Positions 27,730 through 38,967 of a DNA stretch of 64,000 nt are shown here, in pieces (position 1 is the stretch's first letter; each line of letters begins with the position of its first letter). The DNA lies in the NCBI GenBank assembly GCA_031835245.2, contig JAVKOQ020000010.1:1-64000 (forward strand), given 5' to 3'. The notes below the pieces were generated by a model, which was given only the letters and a program-made list of their open reading frames with translations, ran no database searches and was not told where the DNA came from. This DNA is from Balamuthia mandrillaris (taxonomy: Eukaryota). A program made the position numbers and the translations under genes.

Positions 27730-29453
27730 GAGTGGCGTCACAAATCCAGGACAGTCAAAAATCCGGGACACATACCTACAGATTTCGTTGTGTAACAAAG
27801 AGCTTATGTTTTGCTTTTTTTTCTCTCTGGTGATTTTTTCTTCTTTATTTTTGTTGTTCTAGTTAACGCTTTGCTTCAAAGGCTATCAAATGATTGTTCT
27901 TCATCTCCGGTTTGATCACTGGTGTTGAAGCTGGTGATGACAAGGCGTGTGCAGGAGTGCCATGAGTCAACAGAGTTCCAGAGATTGAGGGACCTCGGTG
28001 TTTCTTTGTTGGAGAAGGAAGGGCTGGTCTGTCAAATGGGGAAGCTATTAATGATGATTGTAGTGGTGCTGCTTTGTTGAGTGGCCAAATCCCTGCCTTT
28101 CGAAATCCAGCTGTCACATGAAGCACCGTTAAGGCTGAATCCAGACACAAGGCAGCAACTGCAAGAAGCCGTTGCCTCTGTTCTGCTCGTGACTCATTTT
28201 CCTGAACTCGAAAATGTTTCGCTAGATTAGATTTGAAAGATGCAAATGGCGCAAGATCAAGAGGTTGAAGAATTGGAGAAGAGTGAGCTGAGATGACAAG
28301 GACATCTACAGAATGTCCCTTTAGAAGTTCAATGGCTGTTGGATCTAAATGAGAGGCATGTCCATCAAGTATTAGTAATGCTCTTGCCTCCGAAAGTTGT
28401 AGCTGTTGCCTTTTCTTTTCAATATGGGGGATAAAGATGTCTCTTACCCAAAGTCACCAAACTTCCTCTGTGACCCATCCAGAGTTTTGTCCAGTGATTG
28501 TGTAGAAGTCTATGAGAGTTGAGGGAAGAGCTGGTAGTGTTTTCAAAGGAAGCACTAACAAGGGTGTAAGGTACCCCCCACCAGCTGCTACACATACTCC
28601 TAGTGTGATATGTTCCCTCTTCTCGAGCTGCTTGAGAGTTGGTTGCACACCTGATGATTGTGCAATGACCTTTAGGCGAGTCTTTTCCGTCCAGAGCATT
28701 GTTTCATCGTAGTTGAAGATGAAGGCAGGAAGATAGTGTGATGTCGTCATAAGGCTCTCAAGTTGGTCCATTCACTCCTCAATAGTTTCTCATCGTAGGA
28801 TGTAGTGCTAAACAAGAAGCATAACATTAGAGCTTACCATGGAAAACAAATAGAAGTAAAAACACTTCCAGGTTCAATGGGCCGTGGTGCTTTCATCCTC
28901 AGATTGTGTCGCTTAGCGAAGAATAGCATGTATCCGCGAGTGATTGTTAGAACACCTTTTGCCAGGTTTCTATTTGGGGTATTTCTCCAAAGTTCTTCAA
29001 CCTGGCCAAAAAAAAGTTCGTTGGGACAAGAATCTTTTCACTTGCTCGTTGAAATCAAAAAGATTAAAATACATTACCTTCGTTTTGAACTGCTCAAAGG
29101 TCATATATACTTTCTTTTCCTCTGTGTCAACGATCCACTTCTTCACCTCTTCTTCCTCTTCTGAAGAGAGTATTCTTGGCCTTCCAACTCGCTCAAGTTC
29201 CCGACCTTCTTCTTGTGCTCTGATCACTCAATGGAGACTACTTTTAGAGATGCCAGTGAGCACTGCGGCGTTTCTTATACTCACAGACACGTCCTGAACA
29301 AGCTTTATTGCCCTTTCCATTGGAGTCAACTGTCGAAATTCTGAAGTGGCGAGGAGATGCCGTGCATCCTGTGGTTCTTGCATCTTTTTCTTCACCACAA
29401 AAATGTCGACACTGTCCCATATTTTTGACTGTCCCGGATTTGTGACGCCACTC
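27730..29453 (-). mobile_element. pogo/Fot1-type (Tc1-mariner superfamily) DNA transposon inserted in a family-C repeat
   Basis: ~41-bp TIRs GAGTGGCGTCACAAATCC(A/G)GGACAGTCAAAAAT..GGGACA with TA TSD. The family-C repeat resumes exactly on both sides. Confidence 0.95.
27863..29383 (-). pseudogene. pogo-family DDD transposase with intron(s) and premature stops
   Basis: HTH region GISKSSL..GRPRILS; catalytic motifs FNYDETML, LILDGHASH and LQPLDLAPF; C-terminal GFRKAGIWP. Several TGA stops. Confidence 0.9.
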
Positions 29454-32402
29454 TATATATATTTCTTTCTTTCATTCTATTAAAGGTCTTTTTCCCTATA
29501 CACAACAAGTTGGTATCCATTGGATTGTTTCCTCACCGGCCTTATCACAGTTGATTGAAATAAGATAAAGTGAAATGTGAGACTTCACATCATAGTACAA
29601 TTTAGAGAAAGTAGAAAGAGAAAAAATTGAAAAAAATAAGAATGAAAACACATTCTAAATTAAAAGGGCCCCTTTTGGAAAATAATTATGATGGTCTAAT
29701 CAAAATATCCAAAAAAATAATTTATAATTAATTTTTACACCGAAACATTAATATTTTTTGAGCAAAATAATTCAAATAAAAAATAATTTAAAATGCTTTA
29801 TATGAATACTTTGTGATAATTATTTTCAAGAGAAAAAATAACAAGAAAAATAATTTTAAGGAATAACTCTATTTGTTGTTGAATAGCTATTTGAGAAGCA
29901 GTGGCAACTTGAGAAATGGATGTAAAGTAAATAGGTCCCTTAATAAAGGTATTTTGTGAAATTTTGTCTTGAGCTGTTAATTGAAGAATATAATGATTGC
30001 CTTTCTTTTATACCAAGTTATATATGCAAACTTAACTGTTAAATAATCCACTATGGTTAACCAAAAGATATCTCCAGAACTTGAATCTGCAAATATAGCC
30101 ACAATTTGACCTACAAATAGTATAAAAGGTAAATATAATGCTAACCTAGATATCTACACAACAGGTGTTGAAGAAGATGATGAAAAAGATGATGATGAAA
30201 ATGATGATTGTAGATCTGGACAAAACTTGGTGATTACGTAGGCATTTTATATAAGGACAGCTTTATTCAACGTGGATTAACCTTTCAACAAAAATTTACA
30301 TCATTATCTTCTTCTTCATCCCAATCCTCTACTATCAGGTCAGCTTCATTGTTTGTTTTCCTTTGTCCTTATTTTTGTTCTCTATCTCCTCTTCCTCCTT
30401 TTTTGTCTTTGATTTTAACATGTTCTAAACTGAAAAGGGCATTCCTTTTTGGAAATTATTCTTAAAAAATTATTTTAAATTAATCTTGAAAAATAATAAA
30501 TAAATATTTAAGATTCTATAAAAACAATTAATTTTCATTTTATAACACAGTTTGTGTTGTCATATTCAGGTTAACAACATCCCTTAAACCTTTCATTTTA
30601 ATGAAAAAAAACATCCTTGGTCATATTAGATAAGGCAAATAACATAAATAGACAGGCCAAAACATATTATTCAAGAGAAGTGTGCAAGTGTACAAAAATC
30701 AAAGGAAAGCAAGCAAGGAATTGTGCACATATGTACAAATCGAGGAAAAGCAAGGAAGTGTGCATGTATACACAAATCGAAGAAAAGCAAAGAAAGGTGC
30801 ATGTATGTGTATGATGGCAACTGCCAACATAACCAACTCTTTCTTTGTTCCTTTCTTTTCTATCAACGATCTTGTGTCAGCCTTCATATGTCAACACTAA
30901 GCCATTTTGAAGCTCTTTCACCTGCCTAGAACTGAGAAACTAAGAAGCCACTCTCCAACTCCAAGCCTCTTCATGTGTGCAAATAAAAGAAAAGAAAAAT
31001 GGCTGTTACTCATGTGCATACACAAATAGAAGGAAAGAAGAAAAGGAAAGATGTACACACATGTACAAATAAAAGAAAAAGAAGGAAAGGAAGTGTATGT
31101 GTGTGTATTGGAAAAAAAGATGAATTATTATTGTGATGGTCCCTGTCTGCCACCAAGTCCACCTTCAACAAATATATCATATCAAGGGCTCTGTTGATGA
31201 AATATCTGTGCTGAATATCCAGAGTGGATATCTGTGAATAACTACCTTTTATGAGAATTATTTGTGGATACCTGTAGATATCCACTTTATTCTGCTGGCA
31301 GAGGGTGGACTAAAGACTTTTCATATATAATCAAAGTGAACTGAGCGAAAAGAGAAAAGGGGAGATAAGCAACCTGGGAGATTCACTTTTGTTGTCCTTT
31401 TTCTATTTGCTTAAATATACTTCTAGTCTTTGAATATTTTAGTTCTCTTGATAAGGCCAGTGAGGGAACAACCCAACAGATACCAACTCATTGTGTGCAG
31501 GGAAAAGACCTTTAATAGAATGAAAGAAAGAAATATATATACAAGGAGAGATAGGGATAGGTATTATGGGAGAGTGGTATAACACTTTAGTTGGATTCAA
31601 CTAACAAAGTCTTCTTACTGTCCAATATGCCAACCAATGCATTATCTTCTCACTTAGTGAGTTTGTTACCCTGAATTGTGAATAGCAAGTTTGTATATTA
31701 TGAATGAAAAAAAGCAACTACAATCATAAGACATAACACCTTTATTTGGTTACCTATTTGCCTTATACTTCTCAAAATTTCCATAGCTTCTCAAAATGTT
31801 ATTCAACATTAAATAAAGTTATTTATTAGATTATTTTACTTGTCATTTGTTTATATTTTATATATATTTTATATAGTATCATAGTCACAAACTGTATGAG
31901 TTAATTATTCTTATTTGAATTATAAGCACTCCCATAATACCTATCCCTATCTCTCCTTGTATATATACTTCTTTCTTTCATTCTATTAAAGGTGTTTCTG
32001 TTGGGTTGTTCCCTCACCAGACTTATAACAATTATTTCAATTAAAAAAAATATTTATAAATGGTTCAAAAAATAATTATAAATTATTTTTTGGAATATTT
32101 TCATTGGACCATAATTATTTATTAAAAAGGGGTCCTTTTTAGTTTAGAGCATATTTAAAGTAACACTATTAGTTTGTTTTTTTTCCCATAATACCTATTT
32201 TGCCTTATATATATTTTTCTTTCTTTCATTCTATTAGAGGTCTTTTCTCTATGCTTCAAATGTTGAAATCTATCAGGCTGTTTTCCTCCTAGCCTTATCA
32301 CAAGTTGTTGAAACAGCAAGCAAGATGGTTGTGAAATGATTGTATGTCAGCATTCAATTAGCAAAAAAGTAAAAGAACTGAAAACAAAATTTGAAGTGAC
32401 AT

Positions 32403-33018
32403 TGTTGGAAAATGTTAGACAAAGAGAATAGGACCAAGAAAAGAAACAACAGAGTGACGAGAGCCCAATGTAATTTAATGCATGAAAGAGAAAAGATAAG
32501 TGTGTGATTGTGTGTGTTTGTCCTCTGTTTGTGAACTGCAACCTCGAGTGAAGAAAATGAAAGAAGAACCAATTTATAGTTAGGAAGGGAACCTTAAGGG
32601 CCAGAGATCGAGGGTTCGTCAGCGAAATTGCCAATTCTCAATTTCTGAGCTTGAAGAAACTTCAGGGGAAAAGACTGGAAACAACGAGTTGATCTTCGGT
32701 GTCGACAAGATTGATCGAAGAGGTGACGTCGGTTGTCGGCAGAAAAAGACCGAAGAGAAAGAAAGAAGGAAGAATGACGAGAAAAGAGTTGGTTATGTTG
32801 GCAGTTGCCAACAAAAACCAAAGATTTACTTCATTATGACTTCCTGTCAACACTTTCCCTGGATACCTCCAAATTTTCTCACCCTTTTTATTTTCCCCTT
32901 TTTCTCATGACACATTCAAAGCACACACTTTGGTCCATACCCCTTTTTCATGTGAATAAACCCAGAGTCACTTATGTGCCATCCCTTTCTTGATCTGCAG
33001 GGTTATTCCCTATCAACA
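32403..33018. mobile_element. Solo LTR family B (TSD ACAT) containing a nested solo LTR family A (32413-32813, TSD AAAA)
   Basis: ACAT|TGTTGGAAAA|TGTTAG...CCAACA|AAAACC...TCAACA|ACAT. The outer part is the reverse complement of 2314-2522. Confidence 0.9.
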
Positions 33019-33525
33019 ACATTATTATATCCTTCTGTTCTCCAGACACTAATATTGTTTTTAACAAACAAAGTCAGCTATTTTTTGTGTCAAGGATTTG
33101 AAGAACTGATATTGTCCCTGTATCTTTTTTTCCTTAATAGCTAATATTGTTCCACTTGTAACAAAGAATGAAAGGATATCTATGTTATGAAGTTTTTTTA
33201 TTTATTTATAGTTTTAACAAAAGTGATACAATGTTTGTTTGTTGCTTTTGTCCATTTTTTGGGTTAGGGCAAAAGCACTTCAAATAAACTCTTTTTAATC
33301 TTTTTAAAATTTCTTGTACCAACAACAGTGTTGAACCACACCGCCAAAAAATAAAACAGGTAACACGCCTCTTTCTTGTTACAAGGTGTTACGGTGTTTT
33401 TTTTTTTTTTTTTTTTTTTCCTTCGCTGCTTGTAGCTGTTTAACTTTCGTTCCGGGTTACACTGACTTTTCTTCGTCCCCCCCCCCTTTTTTTTAACCCC
33501 TCCCCTTTCGAAACATCCTCCAGCG

Positions 33526-35169
33526 ATGAGAAGCCTCCGTAACAAAAACGTCACAACCACAAGCGCTGCCACTTTGAAGCGGGCTGCCTTTCGATCTTGC
33601 GGTAGCGGAGCCCGTCGCTCAGTCGCCACAACTCCACGACACATTTTCAAGCCCAACCTGCGCGCTTCTTCTCTCTCGTCTTTCTCGTTGCTCTGCCAAT
33701 CGCATTCTTCTTCCTCTTCTCGATCGTTCCATGCGTCAACTTTGAGCAGGAGCGAAGGCAGAGGGGTTATCCCTTTCCTTCTCACAGACGTGGGCGAGGG
33801 CATTGCAGAGTGCGAGGTGATGAAGTGGTTCGTGGAGGAAGGGCAGAGCATCGACGAGTTTGATCCCGTTTGCGAGATACAGAGTGACAAGGCCACGCTG
33901 GAAGTGACCAGTAGGTACAAGGGTGTGGTCACCAAGCTTTACCACAAGGTTGGCGACATGGCCAAAGTGGGACAACCCCTCATCGACATTGACACTGGCA
34001 GCGGAGCGGCTTCCTCTCCAACAACAAGCAAACCGTCACCTTCAACACCCACCTCTACTCCTGCCACTTCTGCTGGCAGTTGTGGAGCCAAGGCTGCTTT
34101 TGCTCCTACTTCTACTGCTGGCACTACTGCAGCAGAAGGGCCGGTGTTGGCCACACCCGCCGTAAGACGCATCGCCAAAGAGTTCCAGGTGGACCTCCAT
34201 CAGGTTCGCGGCACGGGACGAGAGGGACGTGTCCTTAAGGAAGACATCCTGAACTACTTGGATCATCGCGAGGGATTGCCCTCCCCTACCTTTACTCCCT
34301 TCGCCGCTGCCAATACCGCTGCTGCAGTGGCTGCAAAGGGAGGCCTCTCTGCTCCTGCCCTCTCTGCCGAGGACAAGGAAGAGAAAGAAGTGCCCATCAA
34401 AGGCTTACAGCGTACGATGGTGAAGACCATGACCGCCGCCGCCTCCGTCCCTCTCTTTGGTTACGGAGATGAGATCTGCATGGACGCTCTGACGGAGCTG
34501 AGGGACCAACTCAGACCCGTGGCCAAGAAGAGAGGCATCAAGCTGAGCTACATGCCCCTCATCCTCAAAGCCACCTCTCTCGCCCTCACCCAGTACCCCG
34601 TTCTCAACAGCTCCATCAAGTACAACGAGAACGGCGAACCCCAGGCTCTCCTCTACAAGCGGCGACACAACCTGGGCGTCGCCATGGACACCCCTGGCGG
34701 TTTGTTGGTGCCCAATGTCAAGCACGTCCAGCGCAAGTCTATCTTTGAGATCGCAGCGGAGCTCAACCGGCTTCAGGTCCTCGGCAAGGAGGGCAAGCTC
34801 GGCAAGGAGGACCTCCTCGACGGCACCTTCACCCTCTCCAACATCGGCAGCATCGGCGGGACCTATTGCTCCCCTATTGTGCTGCCTCCTGAAGTGGCCA
34901 TAGGAGCTCTTGGCCGCATGCAAGTACTTCCACGATTCGTCGACGAGAAGGCCGCTGCCAAGATGATCAAAAACAGGAGCAGGAGCGGGGAGGACGAGGA
35001 CGAGGAGGACGAGGAGGAAGAAAGGCTCGCGGTGGTTCCCAAGCGAGTCATGGCGGTTGTCTGGTCCGCCGACCATCGTGTCATCGACGGCGCCACCATG
35101 GCCAACTTTAGCAACCTCTGGAAGCACTATCTGGAGCAGCCTTCCTCCATGCTGTTGGACATGGCCTAA
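33526..35169 (+). CDS. DBT: Branched-chain alpha-keto acid dehydrogenase E2 (dihydrolipoamide branched-chain transacylase), mitochondrial, intronless
   Basis: Arg/Ser-rich targeting peptide; lipoyl domain DVGEGIAEC..EIQSDKAT; E3-binding ATPAVRR..GTGREGRVLKED; catalytic SADHRVIDGA. Confidence 0.96.
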   Translation: MRSLRNKNVTTTSAATLKRAAFRSCGSGARRSVATTPRHIFKPNLRASSLSSFSLLCQSHSSSSSRSFHASTLSRSEGRGVIPFLLTDVGEGIAECEVMKWFVEEGQSIDEFDPVCEIQSDKATLEVTSRYKGVVTKLYHKVGDMAKVGQPLIDIDTGSGAASSPTTSKPSPSTPTSTPATSAGSCGAKAAFAPTSTAGTTAAEGPVLATPAVRRIAKEFQVDLHQVRGTGREGRVLKEDILNYLDHREGLPSPTFTPFAAANTAAAVAAKGGLSAPALSAEDKEEKEVPIKGLQRTMVKTMTAAASVPLFGYGDEICMDALTELRDQLRPVAKKRGIKLSYMPLILKATSLALTQYPVLNSSIKYNENGEPQALLYKRRHNLGVAMDTPGGLLVPNVKHVQRKSIFEIAAELNRLQVLGKEGKLGKEDLLDGTFTLSNIGSIGGTYCSPIVLPPEVAIGALGRMQVLPRFVDEKAAAKMIKNRSRSGEDEDEEDEEEERLAVVPKRVMAVVWSADHRVIDGATMANFSNLWKHYLEQPSSMLLDMA

Positions 35170-35487
35170 ACCCGGTTTTTCTTTATTTTTAAATATTTCT
35201 TTTTTTTAAAAAAAAAAAAGTGATGAAAGTGTTTGTTATTTTTGCGGACAATAGTCGACACTAAATAGGCGGAATCATCGGGACATTTCATTTCCTTTTT
35301 AAGGTAAGAGACCGCCTTAAATTACCATAGTAAGACCTGGCGGGAAAAGTGGTGCTTGCTGCTGCCAAACCCACCGCCACTTTACAAGGGGAGTAGGCAG
35401 CGAGTCGACGACTCCTTTCAACCCTTTCAAACAAGAGCAAAAAAAAAAAAACGAAACGAAACGAAAAAAAAAAGGACCACACAAACA

Positions 35488-38393
35488 ATGGAGAGAAAGA
35501 AGATCCCAGCTGCCGTGCGGAGATCGCCCAGCGCGATCATGGCCGTGGAGGCAGTGCGCGCCGCTAGCGAGGGAGACATCCAGAAATTGGCCACGTTGCT
35601 TGAGAAAGGAGTGGATCTGGACAGAGGTGACCCTGATCAAAGGTTTGTATTCTTCTCTCTCCCTCCCTCTCCTCTTTCATCTCTTGCTACGTTTTTTATT
35701 TTCTTTCTTAATCCTGTTGCCCCCCCTTACTTTCAGAACGCCGCTTCACTCAGCTGCCTCGAAGGGTCATGTGGATGTAATTGAGTTTCTGTTGGACCAG
35801 GGTGTCAACTTGGACCCCAAGGATCGGTGGGGATGTACGTCGAAGCTTCTTCGCCCCAAACTCTCGTTGTGTGCCCTTTGCTCATTCTTCTAATTGTTCT
35901 TTCTTTCCTATGTTCAACAGTGAACCCTATTTTCTCCGCCATCAAAAGAGATAACAAGGAGGCGGCAGAGCTGCTCAAGGCACGCTTCGCTGAGTCCTTC
36001 AGAGGCAAGCCATGGTCGTCCGAGAACGACTGCGCAGAGCTAGTACTCGTGCATGACCTTATCCAAATCGGCGGTCACATTTCTCAAAACCTGTACGACC
36101 TCACGGACAGCGGAGTGGGCGCCTACAAAGCTTTTTGCGAGACGCTGAAAGCGAAAGACATTCGTGTGATCACTGTGCAGGACGTGGTGCTGTGCTCACA
36201 TGGCACGCCCGAGTTTGAGCAGTTCATCGATGGACAAATCACGGTCAACCATACAGATCCTTCCATCACGCTGGAGGAAGTAGCGGCATTCAAGAAGAAG
36301 GTCGTGTCTGGCATGAATATCGACCAGCTCGCCCACGCCATCACTCACTGCATTCACTTTAACGTTGTACGCGGCAGAGAAGGCGACCTGATGGCTAGAT
36401 CTTACGAAATATTTCCTTTGTTGGAGCTACTACAGGTCCGCAATCAGATCTTCACCTCTCGGGGTGTTGTGTTGGGCGGCCGCCAGGAACTGCGGCCCTT
36501 CACCAAAGTGCTCAAGTTCGTCTTTCAGAAGATGGGTTTTCGCATCGCGGCCCAACTGCCAGAGCCGCTGAACCTCAACGGAGGAGACTTCATTCCTGCT
36601 GGCCCCGACCTAGTCTTTTTTGGTACCGGAGAGGGCACGGAGGAAGCTTCTGTTCGCTACCTCTTGGAGAAGGATGTATTTGACGCGGAAAGAGTGGCAG
36701 TGGTCCGGGACTTGTTCGACCGCTCGGAGAAGAGGAAGACTTTGGACTCAGTCTTCAAGATCGTCTCCAAAGGGTGTGCTCTCATGTTGGAGTCCATCAT
36801 TGGCGAGGATAACCTTCGCCGACGCCTAGTCACCGAATACGTGCGCGTCGCCCCCAAAATTTACGTTAAGTCCCGGACGGACGTTGAGTTTTATCAATAC
36901 GTCTCCGAACAAGGCCTTCACGTTATCAAGTTCCCGGCCGAGCTGCACGAGACAGGAGGGCTCAGCATTTACAACCTTGGCATGGGCCGGTTGCTCACCC
37001 TCAACCAGGATATTGCTGACCTCATTCAAGGTTCGCCTGCCTTTGATGGCCAAGTCGAGGTGTTGGACTCCAAGCACAGCCTTGCCTACGACTTTACCTC
37101 CATGACTTCTCTGGTAGCTATCACCTATCCCTGTATTTATGTATCTAGTTTCATCTTTGTTTTCAGCTTTGTCTGATTATCTTCTTGTTGTCTCTTTCAG
37201 ATATTCAGAAGGGACACTGAAGGCAGCGTCAAAGTTCAGAATCCAAAGCCCCTCGCCATGAAGAAGCGTAACCTAGCAGCGTTGGTATGGGACAGCAGAG
37301 TCAATTTGGGTACCGTTTCTCTTCCTACTCAGCTGTACTCTACTTCCCTTTCCACTTGTTTGTTTTTTAACCGAAGTGTATGTGTTCTTCAGATGGTAAG
37401 CTCCGCCAAAATACAAACACGATATTGATGGTAGCCCCAGTGGGCTTTCAGACCAACGAAGAAACTTTGCAAGACAACTACTTTATGCACAGAACTGCCA
37501 CAAGCTCCGTGCAGGTAAGTGAGCCCTTATTAACATTCAATGTGCGAATTTTCTCACACTTGTGAATTTGTATCCATCAGATCGAAAAACAGGCCCTATT
37601 AGAGTTTAGCGGCTTCCACAAGAAGCTCGTTCTGGCAGGAGTGAATGTGGTGCTCTACTCCAGCGAGAGGTTCCACCGCACACCAGACGCTGTCTTCCCC
37701 AACAACTGGTTCTCCACCCACAGCGCGCAGGAAATGGGCGGGCAGAGTACCCTCATCCTCTACCCCATGAAGACCGTTTCTAGGAGAGCCGAGCGAAGGC
37801 AGAACATTATCAGCGAGTTGCAAGATGTCTATGACCGGCAGTTGACGTTCACCCAGTGGGAGAACAGCGACTTCCCTCACTTTTTGGAGAGCACGGGCGT
37901 ATTGGTGAAGGACCGCGTCCGCAAGATCGCCTACGCAGCTCTTTCCCAACGGTGCTACCGCCAGATTGCTGAGAAGTGGGCCCAGAGCGTGGGCTACCAG
38001 CTTTGCCTGTTCAAGGCCGTGGATGCCCACGGCCGGCCCATCTACCACACCAACGTCATGATGAGCGTGGGCAGCTCTGTCGCCGTCGTTTGCCTGGATT
38101 CCATCCCTAACCTCGAGGAGAGAAAGAAGCTGATGGATACGTTGGAGCAAAGTCACGAGATTATTGCCATCACCCAAGAACAGACCAACCAGTTTTGTGG
38201 CAACATCTTGGAGGTCTCTGGTCGGGACGAGAACCGGATCATGGTCATGTCCACAAGAGCCTACAACAGCTTCACGGAGGAGCAGAAGGAGCGCATGCTT
38301 AAGCATGTCGACCAGATTCTTCATGCTGACATCCCGACTATCGAGAACATTGGTGGTGGTGGCGTTCGGTGCATGATGGGAGAGCTCTACTGA
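35488..38393 (+). CDS. Ankyrin-repeat + arginine-deiminase-like + amidinotransferase (CtlX-like) fusion protein, 6 exons
   Basis: Exons ~35488-35642, 35737-35834, 35921-37113, 37201-~37309, 37393-~37514 and 37581-38393, all GT-AG. Motifs TPLHSAASKGH (ANK); GGDFIPAG..VAVVRDLFDR..RRLVTEY (eukaryotic ADI-like); FPNNWFS, LESTG, YHTNVMM and GGGGVRCM. Confidence 0.88.
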
Positions 38394-38544
38394 TCACTCT
38401 TTCCCTTCCCTCTCTTCTTCTCTTCTCTCTTTCAAAAGGAACAGAGAATAATGTAACAACGTTTGTTGTTTTTTTCTTATGTTGCGTTTTTTGTTTTATA
38501 TAAATAAGCGTGTGTAGAAAGCGGGGTGGGAGAAGAAAAATGTT

Positions 38545-38924
38545 TCAATAATGAACGACATGTTTAATAGCCTCGAAGTTCTTCAGCGCATCCGGCAAAT
38601 AGTACTTCTCAAAGGCAAGCGGGAACGGCACATCATATCCGCAAATGCGTTGAATGGGAGCTTCCAAGTGCAAGAAGCACTTTTCCTGCACCGTTGAGGA
38701 GATCTCAGCAGCGAAGCCAGCAGACTTTGGCGCCTCGTGGCTGACGATCAGCCTTCCCGTTCGCTTCACGGAGGAGACCACCGTCTCCACGTCCCATGGC
38801 ATCAGCGTTCGGAGGTCGATCAACTCGCAGGATATGCCTAGTTCTTCCTCTGCTTTGGCGCAGGCATCCATCAGTACATGAACCTTTTTGTTTTGTTTTG
38901 TGAGCAAAGACAAGAGGGTAGGGG

Positions 38925-38967
<43 letters not shown>

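Noticed and set aside
30676..30810. ~37-bp repeats resembling a CRISPR array
   Set aside because: Degenerate head-to-tail tandem units without unique spacers, in a eukaryotic context with no cas genes.
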